Positions 8,436-18,950 of a stretch of 64,000 bases of DNA are shown in pieces. Within the stretch, counting starts at the first letter, position 1; every line of letters starts with the position of its first letter. Source of the DNA: an uncultured virus (IMG/VR IMGVR_UViG_3300032332_001939) (Duplodnaviria; Heunggongvirae; Uroviricota; Caudoviricetes); IMG/VR virus record IMGVR_UViG_3300032332_001939. One strand, given 5' to 3'. A program made the translations under genes and the position numbers. The notes beneath the pieces were generated by a model, which was given only the letters and a program-made list of their open reading frames with translations, was not told the origin of the DNA and ran no database searches.

Positions 8436-8735
8436 ATGCGTAAGCAATTGATTCTAGAATTAGATATCACAGAAACAGACGCTTATCAAAAAAGCTACAA
8501 AGGTAAAAAAAGAAGCACACTTAAAGATAGCGATTTCTTATTTCCAGAAGATCGTAGTTTTCCAATAGTAAGTCCACAAGACGTAAGAGATGCTATAAAT
8601 AACTTTGGTCGTATGAAAAAAACTATTAGCTATGATACTTTTATTAAAAAACTTTATAATAAAGCTAAAAATAAAGGTCCAGAATTTGTAGCTGCTATTC
8701 CAGAAAAGACAAAAAAAGAACATAAATTAAGCTAA
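8436..8735 (+). CDS. Small basic phage protein
   Basis: KRSTLKDSDFLFPEDRSFPI..VRDAI module seen in phage and bacterial small proteins. Confidence 0.6.
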   Translation: MRKQLILELDITETDAYQKSYKGKKRSTLKDSDFLFPEDRSFPIVSPQDVRDAINNFGRMKKTISYDTFIKKLYNKAKNKGPEFVAAIPEKTKKEHKLS

Positions 8736-8743
8736 TATTCTAA

Positions 8744-8772
8744 TTGATTTTATTTTAAAAATCAGTTATAAT
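8744..8772 (+). promoter_or_regulatory. Sigma70-type promoter
   Basis: TTGATT-17-TATAAT; ATG 6 nt later. Confidence 0.7.
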
Positions 8773-8778
8773 ATATGC

Positions 8779-9651
8779 ATGGCAGTAAAAATAGCTCTAT
8801 TAGGTTCAAATGGTTATATAGGCAGTAATTTTAATTTATTTTTAAATACCAAAAATTTACAAATATTTCCTATCACAAGAAAGAACTGTGATCTTTTAGA
8901 CCAGGATAAAACATATAAAACTTTAAAAAATATAAATCCAGACTATATTATAAATTGTGCTGGTTATACTGGTAAACCAAATGTAGACGCTTGTGAATCG
9001 AATAAAGAATTATGCTGGCAACAAAATTATAAATTACCAAAATATCTAGCCCAAATATGTAAAGATCTTAATAAGAAATGGATTCATATCTCTAGCGGAT
9101 GCATTTATTCTGGTACAAAAAATAAAAATGGTTTTATAGAAGAAGATAAATCAAATTTTTCTTTTGATAATCCACCATCATCTTATTATAGCGGTACTAA
9201 AGCTATAGCAGAAGATTATCTCAAAACATACGATAACGTTTATATTTGTAGATTAAGAATTCCATTTAATAATCAAAAATATCCTAAAAATTACATTACG
9301 AAACTTTTAAATTATAATAAATTGCTTGATGCAAGAAATTCATTAAGTAATACAGAAGAATTTATAAAAGCTTGTTATTTCTTAATATCTGAAAATTGTA
9401 ATACTGGAATATATAATATAACCAATACAGGTTCAATAACAACAAAAGAAGTTGTTAAATTATTAAATAAATACATAACAAACAAAAAATTTAGTTTTTT
9501 TAAAAATGAAAGTGAATTTTATAAGATTGCAGCGAATACTCCAAGATCAAATTGTGTTCTTGATAACAGCAAGTTAAGAAAAACTGGATTTAAAATTAGA
9601 CATATAGATCAAGCTATGGAAGAAGCGATATCCTCCTATAATGAAATTTAA
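8779..9651 (+). CDS. NDP-4-keto-6-deoxyglucose 3,5-epimerase/4-reductase (RmlD/NRS-ER-like)
   Basis: GSNGYIG; INCAGYTGKPNVDACE; SSGCIY; YSGTK; RLRIPF. Confidence 0.85.
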   Translation: MAVKIALLGSNGYIGSNFNLFLNTKNLQIFPITRKNCDLLDQDKTYKTLKNINPDYIINCAGYTGKPNVDACESNKELCWQQNYKLPKYLAQICKDLNKKWIHISSGCIYSGTKNKNGFIEEDKSNFSFDNPPSSYYSGTKAIAEDYLKTYDNVYICRLRIPFNNQKYPKNYITKLLNYNKLLDARNSLSNTEEFIKACYFLISENCNTGIYNITNTGSITTKEVVKLLNKYITNKKFSFFKNESEFYKIAANTPRSNCVLDNSKLRKTGFKIRHIDQAMEEAISSYNEI

Positions 9652-10441
9652 TTTTTTAATATTAGATTATAATCGTCCAAAAGAAAGTGAATTATGTTTA
9701 AAAAGCATAAAGAAATTTGCAAAGTTTGATTATTCTATAGTTTATCTATCTAATGGAGGAGAACAAGATTACATTTTAGATTACTATAAAAATGGTTTGA
9801 TTGATAAATTAATTTTAAGAAAAGACAATTCTGGATGCGGTTTAGGCACAAGAGAATTATTTAATGATTTTGATTTAAATTCAGATTTTGTATTTTACAT
9901 TCAATGTGATCAGTTTATGATAAGAGATTTAAATCTTGAAGAAGTAAAAGAATATATCTCTAATATCAAAGATAATATTCTATATATTGACCTAGCCTCT
10001 AATCAAGGTCATGGACGGTACTCTGAACGCGCTCATTTCATTAATAAGAATACTTATAATAAAATTCCTAATACTATAGGTGGTCCAGGTCCATATGCTA
10101 ACGAAAAATGGACAGAAAAATCTTTACAAGATTATATGAAAGATAATAATTTAACATTTTTATCTATTAACCCGCCAGTTTTCGCTGATAATGGTAAAAT
10201 ATCATATCGTCAATTTCCATGTGGTGGAGAAACAATGCATTTTACAGATACCAAGCAATTATGGATCTTAAAACCTTTAAAACAAAAATATGCAAATTGG
10301 CCGAATATTGAATTAACAGAACAAGAATGGGAATTAGTATTGACAAATAAATGGATAAATGGTACTATTCCAGAAAGATTAAAAATACATAGTTTTAATT
10401 GCTGGCAAGAAACTTATACTTCAAACAATATCATAATATGA
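9641..10441 (+). CDS. Glycosyltransferase (GT-A/GT2-like)
   Basis: ILDYNRP..CLKSI..N.GCG..YIQCDQF. Confidence 0.65.
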   Translation: MKFNFLILDYNRPKESELCLKSIKKFAKFDYSIVYLSNGGEQDYILDYYKNGLIDKLILRKDNSGCGLGTRELFNDFDLNSDFVFYIQCDQFMIRDLNLEEVKEYISNIKDNILYIDLASNQGHGRYSERAHFINKNTYNKIPNTIGGPGPYANEKWTEKSLQDYMKDNNLTFLSINPPVFADNGKISYRQFPCGGETMHFTDTKQLWILKPLKQKYANWPNIELTEQEWELVLTNKWINGTIPERLKIHSFNCWQETYTSNNIII

Positions 10442-11283
10442 AAATATACCTTTGTGGCATAACTCAAAACGAATACAAGAATATAGATAAGTTAACTTCT
10501 GTTTATGATAGTTTTGATGGATTGATTTTTGTTGATGGAGGATCAACAGATGGAACAAAAGAACTTTTAGAGTCAAGAAAAAAAGAAGGATCAGTTATTT
10601 ATAGAAAATGGACAAATGATCATGATTATCAAATGAATGAATTCTTAAGACAAGGACCAATGAAAATTGGCGATTGGTTTTTTATTAGAGACTCTAGCGA
10701 AAGGTTTAATAGAGAATGGATTAAAAATATAAGAAATTTAGTTAATCAATTTCGAAACAATAATATTCGATCTGTATATAATTATGGCAAGGGATTTGCT
10801 TTTGAATATTATGATGATATGTATTTTTCTGGAACCCCTCATTGGGGACTATTTAATGCAAGAGCAAATGGATTAGAACTAAGCAATTATTTTGATGAAA
10901 CTAAAAAAGAACATACTTGGCGAGAGCATGGAGAAGAATCAAATAGAACTCCACATCATTTTATAGATCATTTTGCAAAGTATTATTATATTTATGGCAG
11001 ATCGAATCATCTCCTTTTAGGAAGAGAAAATAAAACACAAGAATATCAAGAGCATGAATCAAATAGACATAATTTTAGATTATATTGTAATCATTTAGGA
11101 TTAGATTTTACTTTGGAGTCATTAAAAAACTATCTAGCTAGAGAAGATTGGAAAAAAGACGAAAAATTTAAATTGATGTTAAACAAAGAGCCAATTTTAA
11201 AATGTTTTTATAGATGGCATATTTTAAAACACCAATCTCAAGATATACAAAAAGATTTGGAAACATGGAGTTTAAATGTTTAA
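10438..11283 (+). CDS. Glycosyltransferase family 2-like
   Basis: ITQNE..FVDGGSTDGT..WFFIRDSSE; start moved to the ATGA overlap at 10438. Confidence 0.75.
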   Translation: MKIYLCGITQNEYKNIDKLTSVYDSFDGLIFVDGGSTDGTKELLESRKKEGSVIYRKWTNDHDYQMNEFLRQGPMKIGDWFFIRDSSERFNREWIKNIRNLVNQFRNNNIRSVYNYGKGFAFEYYDDMYFSGTPHWGLFNARANGLELSNYFDETKKEHTWREHGEESNRTPHHFIDHFAKYYYIYGRSNHLLLGRENKTQEYQEHESNRHNFRLYCNHLGLDFTLESLKNYLAREDWKKDEKFKLMLNKEPILKCFYRWHILKHQSQDIQKDLETWSLNV

Positions 11284-12064
11284 ATATAGTTTATATACTT
11301 CTTGTTTTAATGTAATTAAGAATAATTTTAATTATTGGCAACATACTATACCAAAATGGTTAGAATTTATAAATTATGGAAAAAATGGCGAAATAGTTAT
11401 AGCAATAAATAAAAGCGAAGATAAAACTCTAGAAGTAATTAAAGATAAATTCAAAGAGTATTCATGTATTAAATTTGTAGAATCAAATTTTGATTATAAT
11501 GATTACGCTTTTGATGGAAAAATTAAAAATACAGCACTACAAAATTGCGTTAATGAGATTTGTATTGCTTTAGATTTAGACGAATATCCAAGTCCAAATA
11601 AAAATTCATGGGAAAACATAGCTTCTCAATTTTTGAATTCAAATTTCGAAGCAGTATTTATTCCAGTTATTGATCTTTGCAAAAGTGAAAAATACATCAA
11701 ATCAATTGGTTCAAAATGGTATATGCATAAACAAGGCTTAAACAGAGGAGTTTGGGGCCAAGCTAAACTTGAAAATGGAAAAATAGATATTAAAAGATCA
11801 GATACTTGCGAACTTTTAAATAAAAATGGTGATTTATGTTTAGCTATTCCCTTAGTAAGAGAATTATCTTTAGACTTAATTAAAAAATATAATTTACCAT
11901 TTATTGTACATCTTGGATGGTTAAATTGGCAAGACAGAAGAAATCAAAATAAAACTTGGCAACCAGTATGGTCTAATAGAGCTGGATTTGAAGTAGAAGA
12001 CATAATGCATGAAGAAAAAACTTTTGATCAAATTGAAGTTTTAGAACATAATTTAAATATATGA
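11276..12064 (+). CDS. Glycosyltransferase (GT-A)
   Basis: SEDKT..KNTALQNC..ALDLDE..IVHLGW. Confidence 0.7.
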   Translation: MFKYSLYTSCFNVIKNNFNYWQHTIPKWLEFINYGKNGEIVIAINKSEDKTLEVIKDKFKEYSCIKFVESNFDYNDYAFDGKIKNTALQNCVNEICIALDLDEYPSPNKNSWENIASQFLNSNFEAVFIPVIDLCKSEKYIKSIGSKWYMHKQGLNRGVWGQAKLENGKIDIKRSDTCELLNKNGDLCLAIPLVRELSLDLIKKYNLPFIVHLGWLNWQDRRNQNKTWQPVWSNRAGFEVEDIMHEEKTFDQIEVLEHNLNI

Positions 12065-12996
12065 AGATTCATTGCGCTGGAGCAGAAGGATATACAAATC
12101 AAATACAAAGAATTAGAGAAGGTTTTCAAGAATTAGGACATCATACCACAGATGCCGAATCAGCAGATTTAATCTATTGTAATGACCCTTCGGTATATTC
12201 AAATGAATTTAAGAAAATTAATAAAAATGCAAAAATTATTTATAATGTTTTAGATTTACCTCCACATTGTATTGATCCTCAAAAATATGATTTATCAAGA
12301 TATCCTTTTATTGATATGCCATGGGCAAGAAATTTTGATCCTTTAGATTTGAAAATTAAACTTTTAAATGCAGATGTAATAACTTGTATTTGCGATGAAG
12401 TAAAATGGCAATTAAAAAATTGGTGTGGGTTAGATTCTTCCGTTATTCTTAATCCAATAAAAGAAGTTTCATTTCTTAATTTAAAAGATGAACAAAAGGT
12501 AATAAATAAAGAAGGTAAAACGTATAAATACTTATATGTAGGCAGAGCAAACGATCCAAATAAAAGATTTGATCTTGTTTATAAAACAATGAAAGAATTA
12601 AATGATCCATCTTCATCTTTAGCAATATTAGGATCTGAAAATCCAGGATGGGGAGATTATTATGGAGTAGTAGAAGATCAAGTATTAAATTTATTTTATA
12701 ATTCAGTTGATTACTTCTTTTTCCCTTCCGCATTTAAATCTTTAGGTTTACCAGCTTTAGAAAGTATTGTAGCAAAAACTATACCAATTGTTACAAACGA
12801 TGATCCTGTTACTAAAGAGTTTTGGGAACCAATTGGCGTAGATCCCAAAAAAATCAGTTCATTCTTATCAGATGAAAATTGGAATAGAATTGCAAAAAAA
12901 TTTGTTGAAGACAAAAGTCAAGAATACTCGATTAAATTTAGTAAAATTAATGTTGCTAAAAATATAATAAATATTTATAATCAATTTAATGGATAA
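12061..12996 (+). CDS. Glycosyltransferase family 4 (GT-B)
   Basis: LYVGR..KRFD..FYNSVDYFFFPS..LGLPALES. Confidence 0.8.
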   Translation: MKIHCAGAEGYTNQIQRIREGFQELGHHTTDAESADLIYCNDPSVYSNEFKKINKNAKIIYNVLDLPPHCIDPQKYDLSRYPFIDMPWARNFDPLDLKIKLLNADVITCICDEVKWQLKNWCGLDSSVILNPIKEVSFLNLKDEQKVINKEGKTYKYLYVGRANDPNKRFDLVYKTMKELNDPSSSLAILGSENPGWGDYYGVVEDQVLNLFYNSVDYFFFPSAFKSLGLPALESIVAKTIPIVTNDDPVTKEFWEPIGVDPKKISSFLSDENWNRIAKKFVEDKSQEYSIKFSKINVAKNIINIYNQFNG

Positions 12997-13744
12997 GATG
13001 AATCTAATATTCTTTATGACCACAAAAGGTCATTTTGGAGCAAAAGATTTATATAAATATTCACTTAAAAACTTTAATAGTTTTAATTTACAGGAAAATT
13101 TTGATAAGTATTTAAGTATCAAAGTATTTAAAGGAGATGAAGAATTAGCCCAACAAATATCTAAAGAATTTAATTATAAGACATTTGCTTGGTATAATCC
13201 AGATCCAAATATAAATGATGAATCGCCATATAAAAATTATGGATATTATTTATTAACAAATTATTTAGCGGATATTGTCAATGTATATTCGCAAGAAGAA
13301 TTATTAAAAAATGAGTATACTTTTATATACGAAGACGACTCTCCAATCATCATAAATGATAATGATTTTTCTTTCTATATTAACGAATCAAAGAAAAAAT
13401 TAGAAGAAAATAAAGATATATTTTCTGTTCATTTTCAAAGAATGGGAATATTTAAGGATGATAAAAATTATTCTAATATAGATATTCAATGCACTTTCAC
13501 TTCTCCACATGATTATAATTTTCAAAATCAATTATTTAGAACCAAAGATATGTTTAACGTAGCAAATATCATAAAACAAAATTGGAATGAGCTTAGGAAC
13601 ATACATACTGAACGTGCAGTTAAATTAGGTATTAATGCTTTTAATTCAAATTTAAAACATATTTCTTTTAATCCTAAAAATGCATATAGTATTCATATAG
13701 GAACACAAGATGCCCAAAAATGGATAGAAAGTTATAATTTGTGA
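12989..13744 (+). CDS. Putative glycosyltransferase (GT-A)
   Basis: YTFIYEDD; SIHIG; island context. Confidence 0.55.
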   Translation: MDKMNLIFFMTTKGHFGAKDLYKYSLKNFNSFNLQENFDKYLSIKVFKGDEELAQQISKEFNYKTFAWYNPDPNINDESPYKNYGYYLLTNYLADIVNVYSQEELLKNEYTFIYEDDSPIIINDNDFSFYINESKKKLEENKDIFSVHFQRMGIFKDDKNYSNIDIQCTFTSPHDYNFQNQLFRTKDMFNVANIIKQNWNELRNIHTERAVKLGINAFNSNLKHISFNPKNAYSIHIGTQDAQKWIESYNL

Positions 13745-14430
13745 ATTTAAATCTTTTTCAAAAAAACAACGAAACAATTCTACCTATAGTTTTATTTGGT
13801 GGAAATAGAGACGAACAAATTGTTCAATATCATAAAAAAGTTATGGTTGACTATTTTAAAATACCATTTAATTATATTCAATGCGCATTTCCATCTGTAT
13901 CTCATGGATTTTGTATGAATGAAATAATAAATAGAACAATTGATTCTATAAAACCAGATTATTATTGGTTTTGCGATAATGACTCCATCATTTTAAAACA
14001 AGAAGCTTTAGATATTATGTACGATTTTGTAAAAAATAAATATACAATTGCTGGACAAATTTGGCAAAGCAATCACAAAAAGGGGCCAAATGGAATGATT
14101 CCTCATCCTTATATAAGCCAAGCATTTATTTGGTTTTCTACAAGTTTATTTAATAAATTAGGACGACCAGATTGCGATCATTGGATCGAAAGATCTGATA
14201 CGGCAGAAGAGATTACTTATAAAGCTAAAGAAAACGGGTATATTATAGCTGGTCTTTATCCTTCTCATTCAGTTGATTCAAATACAGACTTAGATAATGG
14301 ATGTAGATATGGACTTGGTAATACATATGGCCCCGACCTTATGTATCATGCAAGCCAACAGAATAATCCCAAAAGCAAAGATCTTTTTATTGAAAAGTGC
14401 CAAGAGGTTCTAAATGGAAAATTCTTATAA
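13741..14430 (+). CDS. Putative glycosyltransferase (GT-A)
   Basis: HG..WFCDNDSI (DxD)..SDTAE..MYH. Confidence 0.6.
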   Translation: MNLNLFQKNNETILPIVLFGGNRDEQIVQYHKKVMVDYFKIPFNYIQCAFPSVSHGFCMNEIINRTIDSIKPDYYWFCDNDSIILKQEALDIMYDFVKNKYTIAGQIWQSNHKKGPNGMIPHPYISQAFIWFSTSLFNKLGRPDCDHWIERSDTAEEITYKAKENGYIIAGLYPSHSVDSNTDLDNGCRYGLGNTYGPDLMYHASQQNNPKSKDLFIEKCQEVLNGKFL

Positions 14431-15721
14431 AGAAGATATCAAAAATTTTATAAATCAAATGGTAGAGAAGTATGGATTTCTACCAAAATTTGCACATAAT
14501 TTAAATCCAGATTTAAAAAACAAAGTATACTATTCTGGAGCATATTTCAATAATGATGAAATATCTGCTGCAATTGAAGCATTGCTTTTTGGTAAATGGA
14601 GTTCTAGTGGAGAAATTTGTGCTAAATTTGAAAAAGAATTTAGCAAAAAAATAAATCAAAAATATTCATTCTTTACTAATTCTGGATCTTCAGCAAATCT
14701 ATTACTAGTTGCTGCTTGTAAAGAATACTATAAATGGAAAAATGGAGATGAGATAATTGTATCTGCCGTAGGATTTCCAACTACTGTTTCTGCTATTATC
14801 CAAAATGGGCTAAAGCCAATATTTGTTGATATTGAATGGAGCACATTAAATTATGATATCAATAAAATACAAGAAAAAATAACAAGTAAAACAGTAGCAA
14901 CGTTTTTATCTCCAGTTTTAGGCAATCCACCAGATATGGACAAATTGCTCGATATTGTCAAATGTAACAATATAAAATTACTTTTAGATAATTGTGATTC
15001 TTTAGGTTCAAAATGGAATGATAAGTATTTAAATGAATACGCAGAAGTTTCTTCTTGTTCTTTTTATCCAGCTCACGAAATAACTACTCTAGAAGGAGGT
15101 ATGGTTTCATCAAATAATCAAGAGATTGTACAATTGGCAAGAAGTTATGCTACATGGGGTAGAGATTGTTATTGCGTTGGAACTTGTAATTTGTTGGCAA
15201 ATGGTTCATGTGGGAAAAGATTCTCTAATTGGCTTGAAGATTTTCCAGAGATCATAATAGATCACAAATATGTATTTAATAGAATTGGTTATAATTTAAA
15301 ACCATTAGATTTACAAGGTGCAATCGGGTTAGAACAACTTAAAAAATTAGATTTCATTTGTGAAACAAGAAAATCTAATTTATTTAAAATCATTGAAATT
15401 GTAAAAAATAAAATTAAAAACATTAAAACTGTTGATGTTTTTGAAAAAACTTCTTGGGTTCCATTTGGAGTTCCATTAATCTGTTCGTCCAAAGAAGAAA
15501 AAGTTAAACTAGTTTCATTTTTAGAAAAAAATGGCATTCAAACAAGAAATTATTTCGCTGGAAATTTATTAATGCATAAAGGGTATCGTCATTTAGATAG
15601 TTATATCAATTATCCAGAATCAAATAAAGTCTTAGATCTTGTTTTTTTTATAGGATGTGCTCCAACAATCTCTCAAGATAATATAAATTATATTAAAGAA
15701 ATGCTCAATAACTATGAATAA
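14414..15721 (+). CDS. rfbH: NDP-4-keto-6-deoxyglucose 3-dehydratase (RfbH/DdhC-like)
   Basis: NSGSSANL; FPTT; DNCDSLGS; SFYPAHEITTLEGG (His at the PLP-Lys position); WGRDCYC..C..CGKRF Fe-S motif. Confidence 0.9.
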   Translation: MENSYKEDIKNFINQMVEKYGFLPKFAHNLNPDLKNKVYYSGAYFNNDEISAAIEALLFGKWSSSGEICAKFEKEFSKKINQKYSFFTNSGSSANLLLVAACKEYYKWKNGDEIIVSAVGFPTTVSAIIQNGLKPIFVDIEWSTLNYDINKIQEKITSKTVATFLSPVLGNPPDMDKLLDIVKCNNIKLLLDNCDSLGSKWNDKYLNEYAEVSSCSFYPAHEITTLEGGMVSSNNQEIVQLARSYATWGRDCYCVGTCNLLANGSCGKRFSNWLEDFPEIIIDHKYVFNRIGYNLKPLDLQGAIGLEQLKKLDFICETRKSNLFKIIEIVKNKIKNIKTVDVFEKTSWVPFGVPLICSSKEEKVKLVSFLEKNGIQTRNYFAGNLLMHKGYRHLDSYINYPESNKVLDLVFFIGCAPTISQDNINYIKEMLNNYE

Positions 15722-16532
15722 GATAAGCATATTTGGGTCAACTGGTTTCATAGGAAGTAAATGGATGGACTTATATTCAGGCATTTCTCATCCTGAATCA
15801 AGAGATTCAGTCAGCTCTAAACATAAAGATATTATTTATTTTCGTGCCACAAATTCTAATTACAATGTTTTTTCTGATCCAACTTTAGATGTAAAAACAA
15901 ATTTAGTATTACTTACTGAAACTTTAAAAAATCTTACTTCAGAAAATAATTTTATTTTAATTTCAAGTTGGTTTGTTTACGGAAAAAATAACATTCATTT
16001 AAATAAAGAAAATGACAATTGCAATCCAAAAGGTTTTTATTCAATTACGAAGTATACACAAGAACAATTAGTAGAATCATATTGCAAAACGAATAATATC
16101 AAATATAAAATATTAAGACTTTGTAATGTTATAGGTGGAGACTCAGGCGCAACATCTAAAAAGAATGCTATAGAATATTTAATTAATCAATTAAGATTAA
16201 ATCAAGATATTAATGTTTATAAAGGTGATAATTACAGGAATTATCTTCATGTAGAAGATGTATGTAAAGCAATCAAACTAATATTAGATAATGGAATTTC
16301 AGATGAAGTATATAATATTGGCGATAAACAAAGCACAAAATTAATAGATATTATTCATTTTTGTAAAGAAAATTTAAATTCTAAAAGCATATTAAACTTT
16401 ATTGATGCTCCAAAATTTCATGATCAAGTTCAAAATAAAGATTTTCATATGGATACTAGTAAATTGGAAAATCTAGGTTTTCAAGCTAAATATAATTTAG
16501 AGGATACATTAAAAATTTTATGCTCAAAATAG
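15714..16532 (+). CDS. NAD-dependent epimerase/4-reductase (SDR)
   Basis: GSTGFIG; SSWFVYG; YSITK; LRLCNVIG. Confidence 0.85.
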   Translation: MNKISIFGSTGFIGSKWMDLYSGISHPESRDSVSSKHKDIIYFRATNSNYNVFSDPTLDVKTNLVLLTETLKNLTSENNFILISSWFVYGKNNIHLNKENDNCNPKGFYSITKYTQEQLVESYCKTNNIKYKILRLCNVIGGDSGATSKKNAIEYLINQLRLNQDINVYKGDNYRNYLHVEDVCKAIKLILDNGISDEVYNIGDKQSTKLIDIIHFCKENLNSKSILNFIDAPKFHDQVQNKDFHMDTSKLENLGFQAKYNLEDTLKILCSK

Positions 16533-17503
16533 CTTGTTTTGATTTAGGTTACGCAGAAGAAGATTACGCTATAACTAATGCAAAAAAATATGGTGGAGGT
16601 GCAGTAGTCGGAAGATATTTTAAACAATTAGATAATTTTCATCTATATGCATCAGAAAAATCATTTGAAAATCTTAATGAAAATGATAGGAAAGAAAATT
16701 GTTTTATTTTACCTCAAAAAGCTATGGATTATATCAAGCAAGGTTATCCAATTGATAGCTTGATAGCAAATATAAATGATTACGATATCATTATACATGG
16801 TCATACTCATTTTTCTTTTACTAGAACAACAAATCTTAAAAAACCAATAGTCCATTGGGCGGGATTTGGAGGAGACTGTGGGCATCCATCTAATAATTAT
16901 ATTCTTTTATATAGAGAATCCTTTACTCCTCATTACGGAGAAAAACATAAATATGTAAAAATTGGCAAAGATGTACCTAAAGATTTTCAAAAAAATGATC
17001 AAAGAGATGGCATATTTCAATGCACTCAACATGTGCAGGTTTTTGATACAATCTCTATAGCTAAAGAATGTATAAAACATGGAATTAAAGGATATTTTGC
17101 TGGGCCAATTAGAGATTATCCATTAATGGAATTTATAGATAATAAAAATACTTTTTATTTAGGTATTTTATCAGAACAAGAAAAATTGGATTATACAAAA
17201 AAAGCCATTTTATACACTTTACCTTTAACATGGGATGTAGTTTTTAATCAATCCGCAATTGAAGCAAATGGCTTAGGCACACCAATCCTTACAAGAAAAG
17301 TAGGTTGGTTTAATGAATATGTCAAAGATGGAATTAATGGATTTTTTTATAATGATAATAATTTTATTGATATTTATAATAAATCAAAAAATATTGATCA
17401 AAAAGCTTGTTGGTTATCTGCTAAACAATATTCAATAGAAGAAATGATAAATACTTTTTATAAAGCATTTGAAGAAATACATAATGAATGGAATTTAAAA
17501 TAA
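16520..17503 (+). CDS. Glycosyltransferase family 4
   Basis: YGGG..; IEANGLGTPIL; EYVKDGINGF. Confidence 0.8.
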   Translation: MLKIACFDLGYAEEDYAITNAKKYGGGAVVGRYFKQLDNFHLYASEKSFENLNENDRKENCFILPQKAMDYIKQGYPIDSLIANINDYDIIIHGHTHFSFTRTTNLKKPIVHWAGFGGDCGHPSNNYILLYRESFTPHYGEKHKYVKIGKDVPKDFQKNDQRDGIFQCTQHVQVFDTISIAKECIKHGIKGYFAGPIRDYPLMEFIDNKNTFYLGILSEQEKLDYTKKAILYTLPLTWDVVFNQSAIEANGLGTPILTRKVGWFNEYVKDGINGFFYNDNNFIDIYNKSKNIDQKACWLSAKQYSIEEMINTFYKAFEEIHNEWNLK

Positions 17504-17505
17504 TA

Positions 17506-17534
17506 TTGACTTAATTTTAAATATTTTATATTAT
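17506..17534 (+). promoter_or_regulatory. Sigma70-type promoter
   Basis: TTGACT-17-TATTAT; ATG 7 nt later. Confidence 0.7.
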
Positions 17535-17541
17535 TAATATA

Positions 17542-18357
17542 ATGGTCATATCTTCATTTCATCCTGTATATTCATTCCAATCTTCGCGTGAAGATAAATT
17601 AATATATCATAAATTTTCTTTAAGAAAAACTATAGAATTTTCCTATTTATGGTATTTATATGCAAGAAATTTTTTAGGTAAAAATACAGATATTTTAATT
17701 ATTGATCAAAATTCCAATTTTTCAATTAATGATATTCTAGATAAAGTTGATGAAAAATATGACGTTAGTTCCATATCAAATTACTTATTTGATATTAATA
17801 CTAAATTACATATTAAAAAATTTGAAAACAAAGTAATGGTTTTAAAGGGCGTTAAAAGATTATATCAGTATATGTATAGATTTTGTTATCATAATAACCT
17901 TGATTTTTTTTATATAGAAAATGATTGTTTAATTGCTAAAGATTTTTTTAAAATAAGCCAAGAATATGATTTTGCCACCAATACTATAGATTTAAAACAT
18001 AGAGCATGTGATACATATATCAATTTTATTAAATTGTCTAGACTTAAAGAACAAGATATTTTTTTACCATTACCAAAATATTTAAATTTAATAAAAGATG
18101 AATATGATAATTCGAATGATGAAGTATGTCCAGATAATGACATTGCTTGCAGAATTATGAATGAAAGAGGTGCGTATTTTAAATATTGCTATGGTAATAT
18201 TCTTTGTTATAACTGGGATGGAATATATCATCAAGGAACAAATGAAGAATTAATTACATTTTTAGAAAAATATCCAATAGACAATCCTTTTTATAAATAT
18301 TTTCTAGAAAAAGGAAAAGAGATAATCAATGAATGCTCAAAAATTAAAGATAAATAA
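17542..18357 (+). CDS. Hypothetical, possible GT-A fold
   Basis: ILIIDQNS..FFYIENDCL; island context. Confidence 0.5.
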   Translation: MVISSFHPVYSFQSSREDKLIYHKFSLRKTIEFSYLWYLYARNFLGKNTDILIIDQNSNFSINDILDKVDEKYDVSSISNYLFDINTKLHIKKFENKVMVLKGVKRLYQYMYRFCYHNNLDFFYIENDCLIAKDFFKISQEYDFATNTIDLKHRACDTYINFIKLSRLKEQDIFLPLPKYLNLIKDEYDNSNDEVCPDNDIACRIMNERGAYFKYCYGNILCYNWDGIYHQGTNEELITFLEKYPIDNPFYKYFLEKGKEIINECSKIKDK

Positions 18358-18946
18358 AGAAAAGATAAATATTTTTGAAATTGGAGCAGGAGACGCATTT
18401 TGCTCAAAAACTTTGAATTATTGGGGAAATAATAAATATGATATTACTCTATTTGAACCAAATCCAATTTTATATAAATCTCTATTAAAAAAAGTAAAAG
18501 ATATAAATAATATTAAATTATATAATATTGCAATTTTTAATGAAGAAAAAATTGGAGAATTAGTATGCGCTGGAGTGCTTTCCTATATAAGAGATATTCC
18601 TTCTCCAATAAATACTATATATTTAAATAAGCTAAATGAGATATTATCAGAATTTACAATTCCAGTAAACTTTATGAAATTTGATTCTTTTGATAAAGGT
18701 GATATAGATTATTTAATATTAGGTATGGAAGGATCTGAATTTACCGTTTTTGAAAACTTAATAAGTAGACCCCATATAATATCTTTGCATAATTATTTCG
18801 CTAACGATTACAAATATACTTTCCCATATTTTGATTATATAAAGAATTGGTGTGTTAAAAATAATTACTACATTATTTTTGGAATACCAGACATTTTATT
18901 AGTTAATAAAAAATCAATTGAAAATGAAACTTTAGTATTAAATTAA
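18329..18946 (+). CDS. FkbM-family methyltransferase
   Basis: IFEIGAG..LFEPNP..LYNIAI..IDYLILGMEGSE. Confidence 0.8.
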   Translation: MNAQKLKINKEKINIFEIGAGDAFCSKTLNYWGNNKYDITLFEPNPILYKSLLKKVKDINNIKLYNIAIFNEEKIGELVCAGVLSYIRDIPSPINTIYLNKLNEILSEFTIPVNFMKFDSFDKGDIDYLILGMEGSEFTVFENLISRPHIISLHNYFANDYKYTFPYFDYIKNWCVKNNYYIIFGIPDILLVNKKSIENETLVLN

Positions 18947-18950
18947 ATTT

